From: Candidatus Poribacteria bacterium
Lineage (GTDB): Bacteria > Poribacteria > WGA-4E > WGA-3G
Direction of reading: 5' to 3'
Assembly: GCA_965214095.1 (NCBI GenBank)
Contig: OZ243938.1
Span: 480,001 to 544,000, forward strand
DNA: 64,000 nt
Shown here: positions 40,400 to 50,998 of the stretch, piece by piece
Layout of the letters: every line of letters starts with the position of its first letter
Position numbering within the stretch: the first letter of the stretch is position 1
Translations under genes and position numbers: made by a program
Notes under the pieces: model-generated
Told to the model about the DNA's origin: nothing
Databases searched by the model: none
Seen by the model: only the letters and a program-made list of their open reading frames with translations

Positions 40400-42586
40400 C
40401 TATTTGTTTCTCTCCTTTACCTCGCGCCTGCGGGGATGTAGCACAAATTCTGTATATCCATTGGGTAACTCGCACCCTTTAAGAACAAGATCTAATGCGG
40501 CTTGGAAGGCAATGCTATCATTATAATTCGGTGACATATTTTGATAGTTTGGGTCATCTGCGTTTTGTTCGTCAACCACCTTCGCCATACGTTGAAAAGT
40601 CTCAGTTACCTGTTCTTTGGATACAATCCCATGATGTAACCAGTTTGCAATATGTTGGCTTGAAATCCGTAACGTTGCACGATCCTCCATCAAACCGATG
40701 TTGTTTATATCAGGTATCTTTGAACAACCGATACCTTGGTCTACCCATCGTACAACATAACCGAGTATTCCTTGTGCATTATTCTCAATCTCACGTTGGA
40801 TTTCCTTCTTAGACAATTCCCTATCTTTCAGTAGTGGAGGGGTTAACAGATCTTTTAAGTTTGCCCGTTCACGTGATGTCAATTCTTCTAATCTTGTAGC
40901 AACATTTACACGGTGATAGTGGATTGCGTGGAGCGTCGCTGCAGTGGGAGAAGGAACCCATGCAGTCGTTGCACCTGCCAACGGATGATTCACTTTTGTA
41001 TCAAGCATCTCTGCCATCTCATCGGGTTTTGTCCACATCCCTTTGCCTATCTGTGAAATCCCAGGTAATCCAGTTTCAATGCCGATGTCAACATTCCAAT
41101 CTTCATAGGCACGCATCCAAGGTTCATTGCGAATGTCCATTTTCGGTATCATCGCATCTGCTTGCATGCTTGTGTGAATTTCATCACCCGTTCTATCTAA
41201 AAATCCAGTATTGATAAAGACAAGTCGTTCAGAGGCAATCCGTAGCACTTCCTTTAGATTGACGGTGGTGCGGCGTTCCTCGTCCATTATACCTATCTTA
41301 ATAGTGTTATTCGGAAGACCAAGTGCTGTTTCTATTCTTTTGAATAAACGAACTGTCATATCAACTTCTTCGGGACCGTGGAATTTCGGTTTCACGATAT
41401 ATATACTACCCGTTTGGCTGTTCTTATATTCTCCGTTGCTATTTATGTCATGCATCGCACCAAATGTAGTCATCATAGCATCCAGAAAACCTTCAGGTAT
41501 CTCCTCTCCATCTGTTGTAATGACCGCATCTGTATACATGTGGAGACCGACATTGCGTATCAGTAACAGGCTTCGTCCGGGCAGTGTGTAGGTGCTTCCA
41601 TCCGTTGATGTCCATGTTTTATCCGAAGTTAATTTTCTGTTGATTGTCTTGCCGTTTTTCTCAAAAGTAGATTCCAATGTGCCTTTCATAATTCCGTTCC
41701 AATTGCTATAGACACGCACCTTATCCTCAGCATCAACAGCAGCAACCGAATCCTCACAATCTTGGATTGTTGTTATAGCAGATTCAAGGATTACATCTAC
41801 AACACCAGCGGGATGCTCTTTACCTATTAGATGATCTCTGTTAATCTTGATTTCTATGTGTAGACCATTATTTTGGAATAGGATTGCACTAAGCTCTCCA
41901 CCTTTTTGCGTGAAGCCAACAAATTTATTGGGTTCTTCTAATCCGGTTTCCTTCCCATCACGAAGTACTGCGTTTAAATGTAAATTGCTGTCAACTTCTT
42001 TGAGTGAAAATTGCTTTATATCTGAATAAGTTCCAGATTCCAGCGAAACAACTTCATCCAAGAACCTCTCTGTGAATTCAATCACCTTTGCACCACGGAT
42101 TGGATTGTAGTTTCCATCACGATCTGCTCCTGCTGATTCGTCAATAACATCTGTTCCGTAAAGGGCATCGTAGAGACTCCCCCAACGTGCGTTTGTTGCA
42201 TTTAATGCATAACGTGCATTATCTAAAGGGACTACTAACTGCGGTCCAGCAATAGATGCAATCTCAGCATCAACATGAGTTGTCGTCACTTTGAAATCAT
42301 CGCCTTCAGGTAGAAGACAGCCGATTTCTTTGAGGAATGTAGAATATTCGTCATAATCAATTGGTTCGTCCTTATGTTCCAAATGCCATGCGTCAATCTG
42401 TTCCTGTATTGTATCACGTTTATCCAATAGAGATCGGTTTTCTGGGGCAAAGTCAGTTACAATGGTATCAAATGCCTTCCAAAACTCGTCCGCACCTATC
42501 CCTGTACCTGGGGCAATTTCATCTCTTACTAATGCATATAATTCTCTATCAATTTTAAGATTCCCGACATCAATCCGCTTTTCCAT
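40400..42586 (-). CDS. glcB: Malate synthase G
   Basis: [52 protein letters not shown]. Confidence 0.97.
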   Translation of the reverse strand: MEKRIDVGNLKIDRELYALVRDEIAPGTGIGADEFWKAFDTIVTDFAPENRSLLDKRDTIQEQIDAWHLEHKDEPIDYDEYSTFLKEIGCLLPEGDDFKVTTTHVDAEIASIAGPQLVVPLDNARYALNATNARWGSLYDALYGTDVIDESAGADRDGNYNPIRGAKVIEFTERFLDEVVSLESGTYSDIKQFSLKEVDSNLHLNAVLRDGKETGLEEPNKFVGFTQKGGELSAILFQNNGLHIEIKINRDHLIGKEHPAGVVDVILESAITTIQDCEDSVAAVDAEDKVRVYSNWNGIMKGTLESTFEKNGKTINRKLTSDKTWTSTDGSTYTLPGRSLLLIRNVGLHMYTDAVITTDGEEIPEGFLDAMMTTFGAMHDINSNGEYKNSQTGSIYIVKPKFHGPEEVDMTVRLFKRIETALGLPNNTIKIGIMDEERRTTVNLKEVLRIASERLVFINTGFLDRTGDEIHTSMQADAMIPKMDIRNEPWMRAYEDWNVDIGIETGLPGISQIGKGMWTKPDEMAEMLDTKVNHPLAGATTAWVPSPTAATLHAIHYHRVNVATRLEELTSRERANLKDLLTPPLLKDRELSKKEIQREIENNAQGILGYVVRWVDQGIGCSKIPDINNIGLMEDRATLRISSQHIANWLHHGIVSKEQVTETFQRMAKVVDEQNADDPNYQNMSPNYNDSIAFQAALDLVLKGCELPNGYTEFVLHPRRREVKERNK

Positions 42587-42633
42587 GTTATTATTTTCCT
42601 TTGCTATCGTGCATAATTCTATATGATGTATCT

Positions 42634-42748
42634 TATACCATTTCTAATTGAAAACACCGCATTTTTGTAGCACAAACTGCCAGTTTGTGCAGTCCTTCAA
42701 GACATTCTTAACAAATGCTAATGGTATAAACATTTATAGAAATGGTAT
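42634..42748. mobile_element. MITE family A variant carrying a different GTAG hairpin
   Basis: TATACCATTTCTA...TAGAAATGGTAT; internal GTAGCACAAACTGCCAGTTTGTGC; close copy at 45338. Confidence 0.8.
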
Positions 42749-42895
42749 TATGTATGATATATTATCAACAGTTCTATGACGAGTCAATTTGTTTTTGAAA
42801 CGACCTGACCATACCAATTTCCTTTGACAATATGACACTGATAAGTTATATTAACAGATTACAAACTGGTTCATTTCATCGTAAGGACATCAGGT

Positions 42896-43159
42896 ATGTT
42901 TTTTACTTTTTGTATTTTCATTTTACCCATAATAGTATTCGTAATTTTGCATTTAGTATCTAAGCAAAAAACGGACGATGAAATGGCATCAACAGAACCT
43001 ATGGAAGTTTGTGCCTTATGCCAGAATGACTTTCCAATCAATCAATTGGTAGAAAAAGAGGTAGGAACTTACGGTAAAATATACTGTTTCTGTGAAGAAT
43101 GTGTGGAGAAATTATACAACGAATTCAAAGAACAAACTGGAATAAAGACAGGAGAATAA
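42896..43159 (+). CDS. Small membrane protein with two CxxC motifs
   Basis: TM helix, CALC and CEEC; TTGACA-17-TATATT upstream. Confidence 0.7.
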   Translation: MFFTFCIFILPIIVFVILHLVSKQKTDDEMASTEPMEVCALCQNDFPINQLVEKEVGTYGKIYCFCEECVEKLYNEFKEQTGIKTGE

Positions 43160-43162
43160 TAT

Positions 43163-44206
43163 ATGTACGATTTGGTTACATTTGGTGAAGCCATGATTCG
43201 ACTTACTGCCCCAGAATTTATGCGTTTGGAGCAAGTCTCATCATTATCTATCACTGCGGGTGGTGCGGAAATGAACGTCGCTGTCAACGCAGCACAACTC
43301 GGATTGAAAACCGCATGGGTTTCAAGACTTGTAGATAACTGGTCAGGTCGCTATATTCGCAACAAAGGACAAGAATTGGGAGTAGACATGTCCAACATCA
43401 AATGGGTGGAATTTGATGGCGTTGGATACGAACGGAACGGGTTTTACCATCTTGAAATGGGAGCCGGTCCCAGAGCAAGTAGTGTGACTTATGACCGCGG
43501 GCATTCAGCAATATCAAATGTACAACCCAGTGAGGTAGATTGGGCATCTATCTTTAGCAATGCACGATGGTTTCATCTGAGTGGAATCACACCCGCATTG
43601 TCAGAGTCAGCTGCAGCAGTTTCTGCGGAAGCATTAAAAGCGGCGCGAACAGCAGGAGTCACTACAAGTTATGACCTTAACTTTCGTTCAAAATTGTGGA
43701 ATGCTGAACAAGCACAAGCAGCAAACAAACCAATGATGGAACACGTCTCTGTCCTTATCGGTAATGAGGAAGATTTTGAGAAATCACTCGGTTTTGCTGC
43801 AGAAGGCGCAACCGAATCGTATAGTAAACTTGAACCAGATAGTTACAAAGAGGTAGCAGAAAGAGTCAAAGATGCGTTCCCGAACATAGAGATGATTGGC
43901 ACAACGTTGAGAGATGCAAAAACAGGTTGGTTAAATGACTGGCGGACGCTATTATATGATGGAGACAATTTTTATCTCTCACGTATCTATGAAGATTTAG
44001 AATTGGTGGATAGAGTCGGTGGTGGAGATAGTTTCTCTTCTGGGCTGATCTATAGTCTATTGAATGCGAAATCTCCACAAGATGCAGTTGACTTTGCTGG
44101 TGGCTATTCTGCTTTGGCACATACCTTCCCAGGAGATTTTAACTGGGCAACGGTAGCAGAAGCAGAGAAAGCGATGCAGGCAGGAAGTGTGCGAATCAGT
44201 CGCTAA
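43163..44206 (+). CDS. PfkB sugar kinase, 2-dehydro-3-deoxygluconokinase-like
   Basis: TFGEAMIRL, GGAE.NVA, YDLNFRSKLW, DRVGGGDSF. Confidence 0.92.
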   Translation: MYDLVTFGEAMIRLTAPEFMRLEQVSSLSITAGGAEMNVAVNAAQLGLKTAWVSRLVDNWSGRYIRNKGQELGVDMSNIKWVEFDGVGYERNGFYHLEMGAGPRASSVTYDRGHSAISNVQPSEVDWASIFSNARWFHLSGITPALSESAAAVSAEALKAARTAGVTTSYDLNFRSKLWNAEQAQAANKPMMEHVSVLIGNEEDFEKSLGFAAEGATESYSKLEPDSYKEVAERVKDAFPNIEMIGTTLRDAKTGWLNDWRTLLYDGDNFYLSRIYEDLELVDRVGGGDSFSSGLIYSLLNAKSPQDAVDFAGGYSALAHTFPGDFNWATVAEAEKAMQAGSVRISR

Positions 44207-45333
44207 TTCTTCTCAAGTAGGAAAAGAAACTCTCGGTTCGGTTTTTCAGTCGCACTTAACCATTCGTTTGTCCATTTCATACTTGCCATAACATTTCGTT
44301 TATAGTTCACCTCAACAACAGCAAGCAGTTTGCCGTTTGTTTGCATTACCTCGTTGAGTTCTTCAGCAGTTGCACGTCCTCCCGAACTGTATGACAGGAT
44401 GATCCACCGCGCTTGCGTCATCTTGATCAATCTTTCAAGGGCTTCAACAGCAATGAAACGTCCATTGTCATTGCGTCTGAATTCCTCAAATACGGAAGCA
44501 GAGAGTTGATCTGATGTATCCTCACGTCGCTTTGCTTTGCCGAATAGGTTCGGTCTGTCATAGAGGATGATGCTTTTCCATAGATGGTAATATGCCGCAT
44601 ATCTCACACGAGATGGCGGCATCTTTTCGTTGTTTGAACCGTAAGGGGGATCAAAGTATGCAAGATCAACATCAATCTGTGGTACAAGATCAAAGATGTC
44701 AGATCTATGCACTTGATGGTCTCCTTCAGAAATAAAAAGTTTCGGCACTTCAAGCACGAGTTCTTTGTAGGATCGTGGTGACCAATCCTTGAGGTATGCT
44801 GAATAATGTCCGAGTGTACTGTCCACGCGATCCATCCCTAACATCAAACTTGTAAGTGCAACAGCTTTATCAACGGTATCAAGGTTTAGATTCTCAATTT
44901 CGTCACGAATCGCATCTAACTTACGTGTGTTATGTAACTGCCAAGGTTTCTTAAGTCCATCTGCTTGGATTGCAGATCCATCGTTTGAATGTCCACCGTA
45001 ATGTTCTGTGAACCATCCATCTATCGGGGGAACAGCGTTTAGATGATCCATCAGGAGTTGATAGTCAGTTCGTGGCTTTTTGTTGAGAAGGTAGCAAGTT
45101 CCCAATACTTCTGACCAGTGTGCAATGTCGTTGGAGTGGACAGAATAACCGAGTTTTGAAAATGCCTGTGAGACTCGGGTTGTGCCTGAAAAGCCGTCTA
45201 AAATCGTCTTGGCATCAACCTTCTTGGCGAGTTGCAGGATTTGTGGGATGAGTTTTAGTTTGGAACCGGCGTATTTTATACCTTCTGTGGATGGAGTTTC
45301 AGGATTGTATCTCAAATTATGCAATCTTGACAT
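44203..45333 (-). CDS. DNA adenine methyltransferase (D12 class)
   Basis: KYAGSK, LDGFSGT, YFDPPY, LSYS; the extension to 45366 lies in a MITE. Confidence 0.9.
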   Translation of the reverse strand: MSRLHNLRYNPETPSTEGIKYAGSKLKLIPQILQLAKKVDAKTILDGFSGTTRVSQAFSKLGYSVHSNDIAHWSEVLGTCYLLNKKPRTDYQLLMDHLNAVPPIDGWFTEHYGGHSNDGSAIQADGLKKPWQLHNTRKLDAIRDEIENLNLDTVDKAVALTSLMLGMDRVDSTLGHYSAYLKDWSPRSYKELVLEVPKLFISEGDHQVHRSDIFDLVPQIDVDLAYFDPPYGSNNEKMPPSRVRYAAYYHLWKSIILYDRPNLFGKAKRREDTSDQLSASVFEEFRRNDNGRFIAVEALERLIKMTQARWIILSYSSGGRATAEELNEVMQTNGKLLAVVEVNYKRNVMASMKWTNEWLSATEKPNREFLFLLEKN

Positions 45334-45337
45334 TGGT

Positions 45338-45453
45338 AATACCATCTCTAATAGAAAACGCTGCATTTTTGTAGCATAAACTGTCAGTTTGTGCAGTCCT
45401 TCAAGACATTCTTAACAAATGTTAATGGGATAAACATTTATAGAAATGGTATA
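45338..45453. mobile_element. MITE family A variant copy
   Basis: ATACCATCTCTA...TAGAAATGGTATA, colinear with 42634-42748. Confidence 0.8.
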
Positions 45454-45665
45454 AGAGTAAGTTCTTTAGCAGTTGCCTTACCTAAAATAGCATCCTGAAT
45501 TAAAGTACTGGCATTCAGAATCTCAATACCGATAAGTTCACCGTTTTCATTCAATTCAGCAGTGATATTGGGGCTAAATTCAAGACTATCTCCTTGTGGT
45601 TCTTCAGAAATAACGAGATGTAATATATCTTCTATGTGAAAATATTTCATTTTTGCTTTATTCAT
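45438..45665 (-). CDS. DUF2283 family small protein
   Basis: Y....D.L.L, ELNENGELIGIEILNAS. Confidence 0.85.
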   Translation of the reverse strand: MNKAKMKYFHIEDILHLVISEEPQGDSLEFSPNITAELNENGELIGIEILNASTLIQDAILGKATAKELTLIPFL

Positions 45666-45683
45666 AGGGTATACCTCTGTGTC

Positions 45684-46649
45684 CTAATCCTGAACCGAAT
45701 CTGCTGCATCTTCTGGCTTGTCTTTTTCAGGATCATATAGACGGTATTTATCCCTTCCTATCCACATATATCTATCTTCACCTCTAGGATAGTTACGACG
45801 CGTAGGGAACTTAACACAGCAACCCCTTATCAATCTTCTTACTTTATTCACATTGAAATCAGGATACTTACTCGAAACAATTCGTTCAATTCCTTTGAGA
45901 GAGAATGTAGCGTTAAAATCCCCTTTTGTAAATTCCTGAACTGCTTCCCATACAATCTGTTCTTCAGGTTCATCGCTCGGAAGTCGCGGAGGAGAGGAAG
46001 ACTCTTTCTGGGATTTATTAGGTACAGCGAACTGCTCATCTCCAACTTTTGCTTCCATACTTACAAGTCGTTCTCCTGTTTCTGTTTCAAAGGTGGAGAC
46101 ATTGATACAATTTATGTCCATTCCTTGTGAAGTTCGGAGGAATCGGCATACACGAGCAACTCTTGAGGGAATGTCTGAAGCAACAATGTATAGCCGTAGG
46201 TTACGATTTAAATGCGGTATTTCGTCAGTGTCGGATAATTCAAACACATCCTTGAAGACTTGATGGAATTGCTTTCTATTGGATTCATCACCTGTTTCAA
46301 AATAGTCCTCTGCAATTTCTTGGATCTGATCATCAGAAAGTTCGCTTGCCCATGCTGCATATTCAAGCAATTGGGCTACTACATCACGCGGAGCTTGGTC
46401 CCGCTTTAACTCAACGATCACCAGATTTCCTTCTGCATCCACTCCAAGTAAATCAGGGAACAGGGTTCCTTCCTCATCTTTAGCACTCGTTTGCCGACCA
46501 ATCCACAGAAAATCCTCTTGAGCAAGAGTCTGTCGCGGACTATTCTCCAACCAATCCTCAAGATGACTTTCAAGTTCCAGATTTGTTTCTTGTGCGATGA
46601 CGAGTTCTGAGTTAGAAATGTCGTCACCTTCTAATCTAAAAATAGGCAT
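45684..46649 (-). CDS. NucS/DUF91-like PD-(D/E)xK endonuclease with an extra C-terminal domain
   Basis: LE..LEDW, IGRQ, DLLGVD..GNLVIVELKR, AQLLEYA. Confidence 0.8.
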   Translation of the reverse strand: MPIFRLEGDDISNSELVIAQETNLELESHLEDWLENSPRQTLAQEDFLWIGRQTSAKDEEGTLFPDLLGVDAEGNLVIVELKRDQAPRDVVAQLLEYAAWASELSDDQIQEIAEDYFETGDESNRKQFHQVFKDVFELSDTDEIPHLNRNLRLYIVASDIPSRVARVCRFLRTSQGMDINCINVSTFETETGERLVSMEAKVGDEQFAVPNKSQKESSSPPRLPSDEPEEQIVWEAVQEFTKGDFNATFSLKGIERIVSSKYPDFNVNKVRRLIRGCCVKFPTRRNYPRGEDRYMWIGRDKYRLYDPEKDKPEDAADSVQD

Positions 46650-46667
46650 AACTTTAATTTACCCTCT

Positions 46668-46805
46668 TATAGTAAAAATCATAATTATTTACACACTACG
46701 GTAGGTTCGGTTTCCTAACCGAACCGGTGTTTGTTCAGTCTCATAGATGCGGTTAGGAAACCGCATCTACCGGGGAGTGTGCACGTATTTTTACATTTCA
46801 CTATA
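46668..46805. mobile_element. MITE family B (TATAGT..ACTATA) enclosing an inverted pair of GTAG REPs
   Basis: GTAGGTTCGGTTTCCTAACCGAACC and GATGCGGTTAGGAAACCGCATCTAC between the termini. Confidence 0.75.
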
Positions 46806-46831
46806 ATGAAATCTTTGGTTCTTGGTAAAAA

Positions 46832-46854
46832 GTGCGCTTACAAAGCGCGCCTAC
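46832..46854 (-). repeat. GTAG REP hairpin
   Basis: Minus strand GTAGGCGCGCTTTGTAAGCGCAC. Confidence 0.6.
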
Positions 46855-46882
46855 AAATGTTTGTTGTTATATTGATGAGTAT

Positions 46883-47746
46883 TTACCGCACAAAGCAGGA
46901 GAGGCATTCATAAGAACGGAGCAGTCCATCCGATTCTGCTTCCCATGATCCAGAATAACGATAATCTTCCAGCTCAACGCTGACGATGCCATCAAACCCC
47001 GCATCTTCAAGAATCTGCACCACTTTCAGCCAATCCACAACGCCATCGCCAGGAATGGTGTATCGCCACCAATCCTCACCGTAACCGCGAGGTGAACTGA
47101 AACTCGGTCCCAAATTGCCGTGCAAGTATAGTGCTTCCTCATCAAAAACGGTATCTTTTCCGTGGACATGTTTTACATGTGCCGCGAATTCGTTGAGGGC
47201 ACGGATGTGGTCAATGCCAATTCTGACAAGGTGTGACGGGTCATAATTGAGACTTAAACCAGAGGAAGGACATTCAGCAAACATGGCACGCCACATCTCA
47301 GGCGTACATCCGAGTGCCGGATATGTAGGAGCACCGCCAGGCCATCCCTCTATGACTATAGTTACATCATGAGACTCGGCAAATTCTGCTACTGGTGGTA
47401 CGGTTTCTTTCCAGATGTCAAAATTCTTTCCGCGACCGAGACCTGCGTCTTCTGGAACGAAAACACAGAACATGATGTGAACATCGTTTTCTGCAGCAGC
47501 TTGAATGGATGCTTTTGCCTTATCAGCACCGGATTTCTGTGTGGATTTTTTTGCACTGAGGAGTTCACGAGTTCCCGGTAAATCTGCACTACCGATTTCC
47601 AACCCCGCATCTCTTGCTGTTTTCACAACTTCAGGTGTCGCTTCTCCAATATCAATCGCTTCAAATCCGTTATCAGCACACCACTTACAGAAATCTGAGA
47701 ATGGCATTTTACGGGCAGTACCAGGAATACGTAGTCCTATTTTCAT
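46883..47746 (-). CDS. Sugar phosphate isomerase/epimerase, TIM-barrel family
   Basis: IE, YDPSHL, HVHGKD, PGDG.VDW, SVELE. Confidence 0.88.
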   Translation of the reverse strand: MKIGLRIPGTARKMPFSDFCKWCADNGFEAIDIGEATPEVVKTARDAGLEIGSADLPGTRELLSAKKSTQKSGADKAKASIQAAAENDVHIMFCVFVPEDAGLGRGKNFDIWKETVPPVAEFAESHDVTIVIEGWPGGAPTYPALGCTPEMWRAMFAECPSSGLSLNYDPSHLVRIGIDHIRALNEFAAHVKHVHGKDTVFDEEALYLHGNLGPSFSSPRGYGEDWWRYTIPGDGVVDWLKVVQILEDAGFDGIVSVELEDYRYSGSWEAESDGLLRSYECLSCFVR

Positions 47747-47791
47747 ATTAATTCCTTTTCTTTTGATATGTTGTTCTATCTGTAAATTCTT

Positions 47792-49012
47792 CTAATATCC
47801 CATTAACCCACAACAACGGCGACACACAGGCATCGGTCCATCAGTGCTAACAGATTGACGGAATTTCATTGCCTTCTGATTATTCCACATATCAACAACC
47901 TTGTCCTCTTTGATGTTGCCGATAATATAGTCATGATAATCCCGACACAAACTCACATCACCGTTACTATCAATCTCAAGCGTCATAAAGATGCTGACAC
48001 ACTGGTTATATCCAAAAGTTTCGCTATGGTCTGTGTAATATGTTTGGATTTCACCCTTTGAGTTTAACCTTGGCATCATGATAGGTGGACATCGCTTCTG
48101 TTCATGTGATAAGTTTTCCATCTCTTCAAACCGATCAAGTATATCGCCATGGTCAAAGTCGTGCCATGTGCCGATCCATCCGTAATGTGTTTGTGGCTTA
48201 AATCCAAAACGCTGTTCAAAGTCTTCTGTATGTTCTTGTGCAGATTCAGAATCTATCCACCAAGTTAGGTAGAATATCTGAGCATCGGCATATTCGCTTG
48301 TGAACTTATACAGATCGACCACATAATCTATGTTATACATAGTAATACAGCTGAGTGGGATAATATAAGGGAACGTTGTGTTCTTACGTTCTTTTTCCGC
48401 ATGCAGTGTCTCTAATGCAGCTTTTACATCTTTGAAATTGTCATAATTCTCTGAAACACCTGGACGTTGTGTGTTATGGATTTCTTCGTCTGGACCGTCA
48501 ACGCTGAGATATACTATTTTACATGTTTCCATTATGTCATCAGCACGTCTTGCGATGTTTGTTGCATTACTAACCAGTGAGATCGGCATGTCTTTCTCCT
48601 TGATATAATGCATCAATTCGATGATACCGGGATATAGCATCGGTTCGCCACCCCAGATATACCAAACAGGAGACCATCCAGCGTCTACAATTTGGTCAAC
48701 AAGGTCTTTATATATTTCTACTGGTACTTCTCGTTGCTTTAACTCTTTGAGTGATTTATCAAGAAGATATCCGTTATCACCCCATTGTCCGCAAGAATGA
48801 CAACGGAGATTACACATATCTGTAATACGTAGACTTACTAACTGGATATCATCACCTTTTCCGTGCTTTGCACCGAAAGGATGACGCACGTTAAAGGTCT
48901 CTTTTGCCATTTGGTACCGCATCAGTTTGCGGGATGTTTTCCAATCTTGTGTTACTGCGGTTGCAAGTTGATTGACAAGGAACCGCGATGAGATTCGACT
49001 TCTTATTGCCAT
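47792..49012 (-). CDS. Radical SAM protein with SPASM/twitch domain
   Basis: CNLRCHSC, GGEP, SVDG, C-terminal C..G.VSLC..CRRCC. Confidence 0.92.
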   Translation of the reverse strand: MAIRSRISSRFLVNQLATAVTQDWKTSRKLMRYQMAKETFNVRHPFGAKHGKGDDIQLVSLRITDMCNLRCHSCGQWGDNGYLLDKSLKELKQREVPVEIYKDLVDQIVDAGWSPVWYIWGGEPMLYPGIIELMHYIKEKDMPISLVSNATNIARRADDIMETCKIVYLSVDGPDEEIHNTQRPGVSENYDNFKDVKAALETLHAEKERKNTTFPYIIPLSCITMYNIDYVVDLYKFTSEYADAQIFYLTWWIDSESAQEHTEDFEQRFGFKPQTHYGWIGTWHDFDHGDILDRFEEMENLSHEQKRCPPIMMPRLNSKGEIQTYYTDHSETFGYNQCVSIFMTLEIDSNGDVSLCRDYHDYIIGNIKEDKVVDMWNNQKAMKFRQSVSTDGPMPVCRRCCGLMGY

Positions 49013-49101
49013 AGTTACTCCATTTCTTTCTTCAAGGAAATACACCAATCAATGTATTTTTGTATGTATGAGTTCATGTTGATATAAGTTAAATGTTCTT
49101 T

Positions 49102-49515
49102 TTAAGATTCGTTTTCTGACTTCACAAGCGTGAGTGCTGCAGAGTTGAGACAGTATCTTTTACCTGTAGGTTCTGGTCCATCATCAAACACGTGCCCAAG
49201 ATGTGCATCACAACGACTACACAGAACTTCAGTACGAGGCATAAAAAATATGCTCCGATCCGATTTTGTTATAATAGATTCTGGAGAAACCGGTTGCCAA
49301 AAGCTGGGCCATCCTGTTCCAGATTCGAATTTTGTTTCAGACGTAAATAATGGACTCCCACAACAGATACAGTGATATATACCTTCGTCTTTACAATCGT
49401 GGTATATACCAGTGAACGCGCGTTCAGTGCCTTTCTTCCGAGTGATCTTATATTCTTCTGGTGAAAGTTGGTCTTTCCAATCTTTGTCTGACTTTGTTAT
49501 TTTTTCAGCATCCAT
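49102..49515 (-). CDS. msrB: Peptide-methionine (R)-S-oxide reductase
   Basis: GTERAF, SGTGWPSF, HLGHVFDDGP, RYCLNS. Confidence 0.97.
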   Translation of the reverse strand: MDAEKITKSDKDWKDQLSPEEYKITRKKGTERAFTGIYHDCKDEGIYHCICCGSPLFTSETKFESGTGWPSFWQPVSPESIITKSDRSIFFMPRTEVLCSRCDAHLGHVFDDGPEPTGKRYCLNSAALTLVKSENES

Positions 49516-49622
49516 TACTATCTCCTTGTATTTCTTGTGTACACTATCACATATTTTGGCAAAAAATGCAAGTGAGATTTATTTTATGAAGTTTGATTGT
49601 CTTCCACGACAAAGTTGCTTTT

Positions 49623-50840
49623 TCATGATTTATCTTTATTTTTATCCTTTATCCGTCCTAATACCTTACATCTCGTTGCAGATAGAATTTTATAGCGAAC
49701 CCCACCCCAAACTATTTTACGTTGAAACATGGCATAGAAAGCATTTATCCCAGCAAGAAAACCAGAAAATGGAGCCGCAAATTTGCTGATACGGAGTGTG
49801 TCCCGAACCCTCGGCATATCCAGCAGCCATTGGGGCAGGTTTCTACAACATAGTTGAAAACCGATGATTTCTAAAAATGGAATGAAAGTTACGGTTAAAA
49901 GTGCCTGCCGTGAATAAAGAAATGGGATAACGCCAATAATCAACACTGATTTTGGTAGAAATAGAAACAGACTGCCAAACCACTGTAACCACAATCCCAT
50001 GTGACACGTCATAATCATCTGCCGATTCGTAAATTCAAAAATCTGTTTCCAGGTGCGGTTTGATGTTTCTGTTACCGCAACACAATCGGGTACGTAATGT
50101 ATTTTGAGCTTTATATCTCGGACAGCACGTGTAGTGTTCAGGTCTTCAATCGTGGCATTTTCCCATCGCTGAAGTATCTTCCCTTTTTCAAGGAAATCAC
50201 GACGAAAAGCGTTTGAGCCACCCCATACCATTGTCAAACGATGGTCCCCTTGCAATGCCAATTGGAAGTTCACCCACGTCGCTTCAACAAGCGATGGAAA
50301 GTTCCAGGTTTGTGGAAAATAAAACCTACCCCCAACTGTTGCTCCGATGGAATTATCTTGAAGTGGCGTGACGAGGAGTCTGAGCCAATCCTTCTGAATC
50401 TTCACATCTGCATCTACAAAAGCGATTACTTCTACATCCTCTGGTAGATTCTCTATGACGGTAATAAGATTTTGCACTTTCTGTGAACGGGGTAGGTTGT
50501 TATCAATAATATTAGGTGCTAAAGAAACATTTGCATGTGGAACGTTTTCAACAAGTTCTTGTAAATGTGGGTAAGAAACATCGTGACCTTTATCAACCAT
50601 TTCGTGGGTGACAAAATAGATCTGATATTCTCCTCCATATTCCTGATCCAAGAGACTTTTCGCATGTTGTTCAGTTTCGTCATCCCAACCGTAATGCGGC
50701 GCGATTATAGCAACTTTAGGTGTGTATGTAGGTCTCACTTTCTTTCGTTCACGACGAGTATAAAAAAATGATTGACTGATCAATATCATCTCAAGGATAA
50801 AAAGAAAATAGGCTGTGAATATTATTATAGATGTGGTCAT
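49623..50840 (-). CDS. Membrane glycosyltransferase, GT2/GT21 (ceramide glucosyltransferase-like)
   Basis: KVQNL, FVDAD, WGGS, IEDL, RQ motif; the extension to 50909 lies in a MITE. Confidence 0.85.
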   Translation of the reverse strand: MTTSIIIFTAYFLFILEMILISQSFFYTRRERKKVRPTYTPKVAIIAPHYGWDDETEQHAKSLLDQEYGGEYQIYFVTHEMVDKGHDVSYPHLQELVENVPHANVSLAPNIIDNNLPRSQKVQNLITVIENLPEDVEVIAFVDADVKIQKDWLRLLVTPLQDNSIGATVGGRFYFPQTWNFPSLVEATWVNFQLALQGDHRLTMVWGGSNAFRRDFLEKGKILQRWENATIEDLNTTRAVRDIKLKIHYVPDCVAVTETSNRTWKQIFEFTNRQMIMTCHMGLWLQWFGSLFLFLPKSVLIIGVIPFLYSRQALLTVTFIPFLEIIGFQLCCRNLPQWLLDMPRVRDTLRISKFAAPFSGFLAGINAFYAMFQRKIVWGGVRYKILSATRCKVLGRIKDKNKDKS

Positions 50841-50869
50841 GATTATATGTATATAGTCAACAATCTGAT

Positions 50870-50972
50870 TATAATGAATTATAAATATAAGTTGACACTT
50901 TCGACCCACGGTAGGCGAGGTTTCCTAACCTCGCCTATGCAGAGTGTTCAAGTAATTTAGAAATCCACTATA
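50870..50972. mobile_element. MITE family B with a single GTAG REP, 103 bp
   Basis: TATAATGAATT...AATCCACTATA; internal GTAGGCGAGGTTTCCTAACCTCGCC; close copy at 55181. Confidence 0.85.
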
Positions 50973-50998
50973 GTATTACTGCAAATTAGAAGTTCAAA

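Noticed and set aside
49102-49515. MsrB as a second selenoprotein
   Set aside because: The catalytic residue is Cys (RYCLNS) and there is no in-frame TGA
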